The notes under the pieces were generated by a model. The model did not search any database. It saw only the letters and a list, made by a program, of their open reading frames with translations, and was not told the DNA's origin. 64,000 nt of DNA, from NCBI GenBank assembly GCA_043228905.1, contig JBHGNT010000002.1, forward strand, positions 27,652,001 to 27,716,000, in the 5' to 3' direction. Source of the DNA: Azolla caroliniana. Taxonomy: Eukaryota > Plantae > Polypodiophyta. Below are positions 1 through 9,639 of the stretch, in pieces. Every line of letters starts with the position of its first letter. Position 1 is the first letter of the stretch. The translations under genes and the position numbers were made by a program.

Positions 1-368
1 TTCTGTGCAAGTTTCGGGAGGCTCGCGCTGCTCTGAGGAATGCCCGAGTGCTTCCGGCAGCACCTCCAACCTACTCCTTCCTCTCTGTGCGTTTACGAGC
101 AGGTATCGGCATCTGTTCGCCGGCTTGTTCGGTTGTAACCGACCTCATGTTTCGTTGTCTTCGTGTTCTTGTTGTTTGTCTTGTTAATACATACATACAT
201 TCGTGTCTTTCTGTGTCGTTGTCCCACTTGCGTCTTTGCGTCGAAGGGCCGTGTCCCTGTGGATCTACGCTCGCACGTAGAGGGATTCTTCCCCTCCTCT
301 CTTGCTCTTTGGTACAAGACCCCCGAGGTTCCGCCTCATTCCACGCATCCGCGAGGAATACCTCGACA
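1..368 (+). mobile_element. 3' part of an LTR (element A) nested in the RT of element B in opposite orientation
   Basis: 1-368 aligns by eye with the reverse complement of ~3369-3740. It ends ...cctcgaCA at 368 with no PBS following. The minus-strand RT reading (SNRWFTV) breaks exactly here. The next bases are ACGG. Confidence 0.85.
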
Positions 369-1216
369 ACGGTAAACCACCGGTTCGAGTACGGGGCACT
401 CGACGGTTCGAGGATGCCCATATCGACTTTCTGCCTCAACAGCTCCATCAGCTCCGGGATGTGACCTCTCGGTACCGGAATTGGTTTGAGATTCCACAGC
501 ACATGCGATACCGTGAATATCACCATCGGCTTCACGACTATCGGGTCTACGCACCCAATCTCTTCCGGTGAGAATGCGAAGGCTTTCTCGTGCCTTCCGA
601 GCATTCTCTGAAACCGGTCTTCTTCCGCCGGCAGTAGGAAACCGCCCCCACCGATTTTGAGCTCCCGTAGCGTTCTGTCGGTGAAGGTGTGTCCTATGCA
701 GGCCGGATCTCGTAAACTGGGGTCCGACGCGACCCCCTTGATTCGCAACTCGCTGCCCTCCGGTAAGGGTGTCGTGACTGGCCTTACCTTCCGGTCCACA
801 GTCTTGTACTTCGTGTTAACCCGGGCCGTCCGATCCAACTCGAGCCCCCGATTGAAGTCCGCGATGACTTCGTACATCTCTTCTGAACAAACCGGTATCA
901 TTCGGTCCTCTTTAAGGCCTTCTCCGACCACCTCTCGCAGTATTCCCAAGGTATCGTCGAAGGAGACCGCCTCCACGGCTCCGTTGATTTCCTCGCTGGG
1001 CCCGAGAACTCTGCACGCCCGAAGTCGCTCTTCCACCCTTGTCTTTTCTCGGCCAACGACGCCGACTATCGTACACCCTCCGTTGTCGGAGAAACAAAAC
1101 TTCCTACTTATGGTACAAGGTTTCTTCGGTTTCGCCTCTATCGTACATTTGTGGGGTTTTCCCGGAGTGTCCGGACTGTCTCGGCCCCATGCCTTGACAG
1201 CCCTCTCTAAAAATCC
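369..1216 (-). pseudogene. pol (RT N-terminal part) of element B, truncated by the nested LTR
   Basis: Open frame from 1216 through KYKTVDRKVRPV, HEKAFAFSPEEIG and PIPVPR to SNRWFTV at 369. Confidence 0.85.
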
Positions 1217-3351
1217 TCTCAGTTCTCGCCACCGAGGGACTCGCGGTTTCGCTCGTGGTTCGGTCGCACCGTCAGGAACTGGACCGAATGACGCCCGTCC
1301 TGACTCTTGACCCTCGCGTAAGCCGACCCGTTGTCCAGCACCTTGGTCTCCATCCGCGCTGCCGTAATGTACGGTTCTCCCAGTATGACCGGGTGCGAGG
1401 ACGTCTCCTGCACAAAGAAGTGTTGATCTATCTCGATGTCGCCGATCTTAACTCGCACGTTTGGGCAGGCCCCGTGTAGTTCCTCGATGGCGCGCGTCGC
1501 CGCCCGTATCTTCCACCCGTGCTTGGTGTTGATCGGCCATTTCCCCTTCTTGTAGAAGTCCATGGACATCAGGTTTATTTCCGAACCGTGGTCCACCAAC
1601 GCAACCACCGGTTCCTAAACATCTCCGATCTTCACCAGGGTTTCTGTGGTCGCTCGGGCCAGTGTGGCCTCGAATAGTGGCTCTCCGCCCACTCATCTTC
1701 CAGCGCCATGTCCTCTATGTGCGTCGTCCGCACCTCCACCGGCCTTTCCGGTTCTGCCTCCGTCGACAGCCTCTTCCTTTTCACCAAGTCCACGATGGAG
1801 TCGTGGAACTCCTTCTTGGCGATTCCGAGCACCTCCCACAACGACAGTTCCACCTTGCTGTCGAGGATTCGTTCTTCCAGGACCTTTCGTAGGTCCGTGG
1901 TCCTTTCGATCTCCGTGCCCAAACGGTATCCGCCCTTCTTGTGGTTATCCCGGGCACTGGACTCACCGGCCTCGTTCCGTTTCGGCCCGAATCGGGTTTT
2001 GTATCTCTGTGAGGGTCCGGCCCCTCCGGTTTTACCTACCCGTTTATCTTCAACCAGAGCCTCGTAGTTCTGGCAAGTTGCTTCGACGAAACCCGTCTTT
2101 TCTTCGACCGGGTTACTCCACCCGGTTACCTTCTGGACCCGCTTCTCCGCACGGTCCGCCTTGTCTTTCTTTAGTCGGGCACTGGCGAGTCCTTCCAGCA
2201 CCGTCGGCCAGAACCCGGCTTTGCTCTCCTTTCGGGCCCCGCTGCCTTCCGACCCGGATACCGGCTGACGCTGAGTAGTGGATGGTCTCCGCGTGCCAGG
2301 CCGCCGCCTCTTCCATCAGCCTTTTCATTCCTCCTCGCCCATCGTTTCGGTTCAGGGCCCTCCGGGTATCGTTGGCGTGCACCCGACCTTCCCACAGGTA
2401 CACTACCCGACTTCTCAAAGCCTCCGCAAAGTCCCCGCAATCTTTCCGGATGTGACCGACCTCGTCGCACCACATGCACCTATTTCCTGCCGGAGGCCGT
2501 CGGTCACGAGCCTGTTCGCCACCTTCCCTCCGAGCCTGGGCGATCTGGAGATCCTTTACCGCTCATGTCAACTCCTCCAAAGCTGTCCCCCCAGACGAGC
2601 CTCTGACCACGCCGGTTGAAGCCGAACCGGTTTCGAGCCACTCCCGGGTCTCTTCCGGTCGCGCCTGCGGTATCGGTTCGAGCTTCCTTGTTGCGACAGG
2701 ACCTGCCCCTGTATCAGCCCACTCCCACCGTTTGTCAAAACGGCCGCAGACTCTTTTTACCGCGGCCCAGTCGGCCGTCAACCCGTCTTCGGTTTCCAGT
2801 AAGGAGCCCACTTGCTCCCGATCCCGTGCGTCAACCGATTTGACAAACAGTAGGACACGACTTGTGTCCAGAACGATCCGATCGGGCGCTGAAAGGCGCG
2901 CAAAGCGATCCTCAAACTCCCGGAAGAGTGCCGACGCATTTCTTCCTTTGTCGAGGGACTCCACCCACTCCATGAAGCCCCGCTTCGAGAGTCGAAGCGC
3001 GTCATCCAGCCCGTATTTCTCCAGGAGCCGTCCTTCGAACTCCTCCCAGGTTCGGCTCTCCGCCCGGACCTCGAGCACCTCCGCATGGATGCCCGGCATC
3101 GCCACTCGAGGGAATCTGGCAAGACGCCTCTCTTCCGGAATATCCCTCATCAACATCTCCGCCCGGTAGGACGCCAAATAACTCGTGGCATCCTTTCCAC
3201 TGAACCGGCCGATCATACTGACGATCGCCTCAATAGCCCTGTCAAGGGCACCGGTGCCCTCGCGCACGCTCACTATCCGGTCCACGGCCGAAGCCATGGC
3301 CTCTGCAAGATCTGACCCCCTCATCTTCTGCTCCTCTACCGCCTTGTTCAC
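1207..3351 (-). pseudogene. gag-protease ORF of element B, disrupted
   Basis: ORF pieces 3351-2563, 2475-2113, 2201-1632 and 1608-1219. In-frame TGA stops at 2565 and 1221 are probably CGA>TGA. Frameshifts lie near 2230 and 1650. The probable natural end is ...EDF* at 1207. Confidence 0.85.
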
Positions 3352-3364
3352 GTCGGGTTCACCA
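3348..3364 (-). promoter_or_regulatory. Primer-binding site complementary to the tRNA-Trp 3' end
   Basis: Minus strand reads TGGTGAACCCGACGTGA, the complement of ...UCACGUCGGGUUCACCA (plant cytosolic tRNA-Trp 3' end as recalled), just inside the LTR. Confidence 0.8.
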
Positions 3365-3368
3365 AATA

Positions 3369-4019
3369 TGCCGCGTTACTACGCGCGTGCGTGGAGAAAC
3401 GAGGTGGGACCACCGGGGTCTTGAACCAAAGAGCAGGTGATAGAAGGGGAAAGAGAAAGAGAGAGACGCTCGGTTACGTATGAGCAAAGAAACACAGGGA
3501 CACGGCCCTGTCAACGCAGAAGACACGAACGGACACAGAGACAGAGAGACACGAATGTTTGTATATTAATGAATGGCAAATTAACAACAGAGCACGCGAG
3601 CGGTTACAACCGAACAGGCCGGCGAACAGATGTCGATGCCTGCTCGTCTGCGCACGAAAGGGGATAGGATGGAGGTGCTGCCGGAAGCACACGGGCGTTC
3701 CTCAAAGCAGCGTGAGCCTCCCGAAAACCTGCAGAGAAGAGCAATAGAGAACAAACAGAGGAGAAGCGTTCGGTTACGGTCTGACAGCACTTCGTCCTCC
3801 TCAATGCGCGATCCCCTTCTCCCCCGCGTCTCCCTCTCCTTTATAGCTTCAAGAAGGGAGCCATTTCCCTCATTGACTTCCTACCTACCGAATCTAACTA
3901 CCTAGGATATGCCTTTGTACTTAATTCTCTATTATATACATTAAGGGCACGCACGCGTGAAGAGCCGGTTCACGCGCGCTATGCACCGATTGCTCTAAGG
4001 GACGGTTTTCTTCACGACA
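3369..4019 (-). repeat. 5' LTR of element B (651 bp)
   Basis: Minus strand begins TGTCGTGAAG and ends ...AACGCGGCA, 4 nt before the PBS. A TATA-like CTATAAAAG lies at ~3839-3847. Flanked by GCGG at 4020-4023. Confidence 0.88.
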
Positions 4020-5858
4020 GCGGGTTTTCGATATGCCATTGGATTCCCACATTATCGATACCATACGTGAGGACTTGAAGACATATTCTTTCACTCAAGA
4101 CATTCTAGCACAAATTGATCCCTCTCGAGCAGCTTATTCATAGTTGCAACAACCAGGTACGAATTATCGACAATTCGAATGTCATGATGGATTACTATTC
4201 TTTAAGAAGCTCTTGTATGTTCCTAATGGTTCTTGTCGCATTCGAATAGTCCAAAATTGTCATCACACATATACAACTAGGCATTTTGGTAGTACTAAGA
4301 CGTTAGATTTAGTACAACAATCATTCTGGTGGCCCCATATGCGACGATTTGTCGAAGATTATGTTTGAACATGTGATACATGTTGTAGAGCAAAGATGCC
4401 AAGACATCATCCATATGGTTTATTAGAACCATTACCAATTCCAAGCAAGCTGTGACAATCCATTGTTCTAGATTTCATCACAGATCTTCCAGTTTCTAAG
4501 GGATTCAATGTGATCTTAATAGTAGTAGATCGATATATGAAGATGGCCCATTTCCTGCCATGTACTAAGGAAATCACTAGTGAAGAAACCGCCAAAATTG
4601 TCATGTGTGAGGTATGTCGGCATCATGGCCTCCCCGATAGTATCATCGGCAACCGTGGACCCCAATTCGTCTCGAAATTCTGGAAGCAGCTCTTCAAAAT
4701 GGTCAAGGTCACTTGTAACCTCTCCTCCGGTTACCACCCGCAAATTGACGAACAAGCAAAACGAACAAATCAAATGCTGGAACAGTATCTTCGGTATTTT
4801 CTAACCTATCACCAAGATGACTGAGCGGTGTCGTGAAGATTTCCGGCTATAGTGTGAAACCGGGGTGGAATGGGCAAATCGGTGGTGTGCAACATGTGCA
4901 CGTGTATACTAGGAAATGATGTGTAGAACGAAGAGGGGAATTTTATCCCACATTGTAAGGTCCCTCATAATAATTTTATCCCACATGGTTGCCTATTTTG
5001 AGGGAGAGAGGCATACCACTTAGGTCGAGGGTTTCCTATTCGGTTTTAGGGTTTCGGTTAGGGTTTTCTTCTTGGGCTTTCCTTTAGGGTTTTCTCATAG
5101 TCGTTTGGGGCGGCCATGGCGGCCACCATTGTAAAGCGTTTATGTTTCCTTAAGCTAACTTGTTGAGCATCTTGCCTTGTCTATTCTATGTTATTGTCTT
5201 ATTCTTTCTCACCTCCTCTTGAGCTAAGTTTCCATTTTGTGTCTTATTCTTTCTCCTCTACTCCCTAGTCCAAGACCCCCGTGGTCCCGCCCCTTCTCCA
5301 CGCACGCGCGTAACAACGCAACAGCGGATATTCTCCACTTCGCCGAATTTGCATATAATAACTCTGTCCACTCATCGACTAAGGTCACACCATTTTATGC
5401 TTATACGGGCTATCATCCCCGGTAGAGTGCATTCAAAACTTCGGAGTTACCCACAAATCCTTGTGGAGAGGATCGTTTGGAGCAGTTACACAAGATACTG
5501 GCGGATTTATCTATTCATTTACAACAAGCTCAACAAACACACAAGGATTATGCGGATCATCATTAGCTTCCATCCAATTTTAACATTGGAGATCGGGTAT
5601 GGCTATTACTACGACACATCAAGACTACTCGCCCATGCGATAAATTGGATTATAGACGATTGGGTCCTTTCCGTATTATCGAAAAAATTAATGATGTTGC
5701 TTTTCATCTCGATCAAACCTCCGCAACTACAGATACATCCGGTATTTCATAGTTCTCTTCTAAAACCCTATTAGGACAACAGTATCCGGTATTTCATAGT
5801 TCTCTTCTAGAACCCTATTAAGACAACAGTATCCCAAGTCGTTTTAATAGGGAGATAG
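4020..5858 (+). pseudogene. Degenerate chromovirus (Tf2/Tcn1-like) Ty3/gypsy integrase, host of the nested insertions
   Basis: HHCC region (CH...HFGSTKT...FWWPHM...CDTC), core LDFITDLP...[22 protein letters not shown], and GPY/F motif [13 protein letters not shown]...[13 protein letters not shown]. Several stops. A ~48-bp local duplication at 5735-5833. Confidence 0.9.
4829..5323 (+). mobile_element. Solo LTR (element C, 495 bp) with 4-bp TSD GCGG
   Basis: TGTCGTGAAG...CGCAACA with GCGG at 4825-4828 and 5324-5327. Removing it plus one TSD restores the integrase reading [15 protein letters not shown]. Both termini resemble LTRs A and B. Confidence 0.92.
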
Positions 5859-6172
5859 TGTCATGATATGACAAGATTCGAACCCATGACCTTATGTTAC
5901 ATGGTTTGAGCCCTTGCCATTAGACTATATATTGTAATACGAAGGATATTATTTTCATTTATTATTTCACTAATGAAAATTGATGTATATTTCCAAATTT
6001 CTCTGGAACATTCTAGAAACTTCAGGAGTACTCCTGAAAACACTATAAAAGGAGGCACAAGGCATTATTTCGAACCAAATCGATTCAACGCTAGTCTTAA
6101 GCCTCATAGCTATTCTTGTACTTTTCATATAATATAATATATCTTTTGTTATCGTCATTCTATATCTCTCAC

Positions 6173-6214
<42 letters not shown>

Positions 6215-6345
6215 GTTCTACACCCTTTTCTCTCTCTTAGTACTAATTCGCATCTTTTAGTACTAATTCCCTCTTTATCTTAGTATTGTTCCTGATAACT
6301 ATGTTGGTACGTTACCCAACCTCAAGTCTCATCATTATGATGACA
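5859..6345 (+). repeat. Probable 3' LTR of the Tcn1-like element
   Basis: Purine tract AGGGAGATAG, then TGTCAT...ATGACA inverted termini. Internal CTATAAAAGG (~6043) and a (CT)n tract. Confidence 0.65.
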
Positions 6346-6475
6346 TACCCCAAAGTGCAACCTAATGGTCAAACCACACAAACCCTCTTTTCGTAGTAGG
6401 CTCGTGTGGGCCATCACATGGTTACGTCATACCGAATGCCTTCTGTAATGATGATCTCATGGTGGCATCATAACT

Positions 6476-6742
6476 ATGTAGTGAGTGAGGAATGTTGGAT
6501 GTGTGTTTCATACGGGCGACCTCACATGAAGTGGGTCAAGCCTTACGCTCTCAACATCATTGTGGCTATGATCGTTTCGTTCTAATGTGTAGCGAAATCG
6601 AGGTGACCATGTAACGAGTGAGGAATGTTGGATGTGTGTGTCATACGGGCTACCTCACATGAAGTGGGTCAAGCCCTACGCTCTCAACATCATTGTGGCT
6701 ATGATCTTTTCGTTTTAACGTGTAGCAAAATCGAGGTGACCA
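6476..6742. repeat. Two-copy ~134-bp tandem duplication
   Basis: gagtgaggaatgttggatgtgtgt...aaatcgaggtgacca occurs at ~6483 and ~6617. Confidence 0.85.
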
Positions 6743-6817
6743 ACGGGAATAACAAAAAAAATTATTTAAAGGATGGTGACGGTTTAACACATAGATCAAG
6801 AAGTTATGGGTTCGAAT

Positions 6818-7254
6818 CATTGTTGTAAAATACTTAGCATAAAATACACGTACAATACATATTCTAAGTATTCTACAAGTATTCTAACTTTTTTTTTAAA
6901 TACTTGGAATACGTATTTTATAGATAAAGTGCGTTAAATACGTTAAATACTTAGAACACGTGTAGAATACTTAGAATACATTTAGAATACTTAGAATGCG
7001 TGTAGAATACTTGTAAAATACGTTAAATACTTCGTAAAATTTAATGTTATTTTTTCAAGAAAAAGAAAATATTTTTTTAAATGATAAATACTTGTTAAAT
7101 ATGTAGAATACATAGAATACATCAAATTTTAGAATACGTAGAATACGTCAAATTTTTAAAAACGATTGTCTTAAAACGTAGAATACGTGTAGAATACTTC
7201 AGAGTATTCTAAAACGTACTCTAAACGTAGAATACACGTTTTTTAACAACTATG
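6818..7254. mobile_element. hAT-type MITE with 8-bp TSD GTTCGAAT
   Basis: TIRs CATTGTTGTAAAA and CATAGTTGTTAAAA (rc). TSD at 6810-6817 and 7255-7262. The interior is packed with TAGAATAC repeats. Confidence 0.85.
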
Positions 7255-9639
7255 GTTCGAATCCCTGTAAGCCAAACTGTATGTTTTCATGATACTTTCC
7301 CCATCTCACAAAACCCCCACGTGTACATTTGTTTACCATAAACAAGATATAGAATTCTCAACACTCTTTTCCAAACTACTCTAGCAATAGGACATATCCA
7401 TAAGACATGGAGAACCGATTCAATGTGTAAACCACAACTATCACATTTTAAACCATGGCAATGCCCACAACTACCATGACTTCACATGAATCCCATAATG
7501 TACCAACACAATACAATTTTTTAGGAATTTGCATGACCCACACCCATTTCCAATAAGCACCCAACCAACAGTCTTGTACGTTACTAGATCTCCAAAATTT
7601 ATAAGTTGTTGGTACAACAGCCAAAATCCCCCATTATGGAAGGATCCTGATTTTAGGTGTAAATGTAGTTTCTAAGGTAGCTACGTGAGGGCTTTTGCTA
7701 TTCACCATGTTGGTTGATGTGGGTATGGTGGTTGTGTTTTTATGTATCAGTTCTTTGTAGTCTTTGAGCATTTTTCTATTAATACCAAGGTGAATCTTCA
7801 AAAACAAAAGGCGGGATTCCACCAAAATAAGTCATGCACAATCTTATGTTTGCTTGTATTTCTATATCTATATTTTATATACACAAACTAAAAAATGTTA
7901 CTTTTTGGCATAAAATAGGATAATGTTATGGCTAAGCTATGGTTGAGACACATGTCACTTGTGAAGACGGAAGATAAAAGGGTTTATTATCCATTTTAAC
8001 ATTGTATTGTTTTAATAAGTTGATATTTATTCAAATTTAGTTTTTAGTAAATTATTGGTTATGATAATTTGTTTTATACATAGAATAATATCATGATCAT
8101 GCTCCTATAGTAGAGGAATCAAATATATGTAGCCACATATAAAGGTGTCGATACTTCATGAAACATTTCCCTTCATCAAAAGTTTTAATTATTTATTAAT
8201 TAATATGATGCTAATGACTAAACTGACATGGCTATCATGGATTTAAACTTAGTGTTTTCTAATATTACAAAATACACAATAGCAAAAAATATATGAATAA
8301 GGTCAACCCAAAAAAACTTAGTTCAAGGGCTAAGGAAGACAAGAGGTCGATAAACCAAATGAAGGTCGAACAAATTAATGAGAAAGTGAACAACAATGAT
8401 GATAACAACAACGAAAGCGTTGAGATCAACACTATCATGTCATGATGATTGGACTCTAGAAATTTGTGACTATATGTACAATATATATATTTATATATTG
8501 TGCATTGTAAATTTGGACAAATTTGTACACCAATTAATTAATCAAATTCTGTTTTCTTACTCCACATCTTTTTTCCTTGTATTAATGTATTTATTGTTGC
8601 AAAAGTGAGAACTAAGAGTAAGAGTGAGCTGAAAGAACTCGATCAAAGTTCTTGCTTAAATGGGGTAGTTCTCCTATGGTGGGCATATCATCATCAGGGC
8701 CTCAATGGAACTACCAAGCACCCCGATGGCTATTTCCCCCAATGGTTTCCATCAGTGACTAGGTGCTATAAATATGTATAGATATGGTACAAATTACTAG
8801 GTTATAGGAGTTATTTGGATACTTCTGTTGAAAATGAGGTGGGGACTATGTCCACTTTGGTGGGAAGGCCAGAGTGAGGGTTGATGAGAGGAATTTTTGG
8901 TGATCTATGATGTAATTTGTTTGCTAACTAATGCGAAGTAGTGTTTTTTTGGGAAAAAAAAAAAAAAAGAGTAAGAGTGACTCGTGAGAGAGCACGAAAG
9001 CACGAGAATGAAAGAGCCACGTCCATGGGAAACCGATTGCAATCTATGAGGCGAATATCGACATGCAAAAACACAATTATTGTAGTAAGGAATAGATGTG
9101 GTTTGATACATAAACCTATTAATAGGGTGATATTGCACGTCGCACAAAATTGACATCCACCTCATCAATGTACTTGATGTGTTAGGTGATCGATATAACC
9201 CTATTCTTTTGTAGAGATTTCCCAATGCTATTTGTCATAAGCTTCTTTTTAATGAAATATATCAATAGTACGACAAGTTAACCATTTTTTTAATATTAGA
9301 AAATGAGGGGATAAAGACTTCGGGAGAGGTAAGGTTTCTCACCATTATTTTTCTCCCATGCTTGTCCTCAAGGCCCTCTTGGATTTGCCTCTTTTGAATG
9401 CTTTGTCAAGTCTTCTCTTAGATTCCTATGGAATGTAAGACTAGCATGTCCTAATCTCCCGCTTCCATTGCTTTTCCAAGATTATTCCAAATGTTTTTGA
9501 CATTTTTTTTTCCTTGAAAGATTTTCTTCAATAGTATTAAAAACATCTAAAGACTACAGGTTGAAGTTATCTGCCCATAGGCTTACAACGTAGAATAAAA
9601 CCCAATTTATGTACACCAAAACCTATACCTACAAAAACA

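Larger units (their letters stand above)
369..4019 (-). mobile_element. GC-rich non-chromovirus-like Ty3/gypsy LTR retrotransposon (element B), 5' half: LTR, PBS, gag, zinc knuckle, protease, start of RT
   Basis: 5' LTR 4019-3369 (TG...CA), then PBS, gag 3351-2563, CMWCDEVGHIRKDC knuckle at ~2480-2440, protease ALVDHGSEINLMS, and RT entry LMELLRQKVDMGILEPSSAPYSNRWFTV. Confidence 0.92.

Noticed and set aside
71-1036. 321-aa ORF as a novel fusion protein
   Set aside because: It is chimeric: the RT N-terminus reads into the antisense strand of the nested LTR at 368.
657-3424. Long plus-strand ORFs (657-1310, 1646-2278, 2474-3169)
   Set aside because: They are antisense shadows of GC-rich gag-pol with no recognisable motifs.
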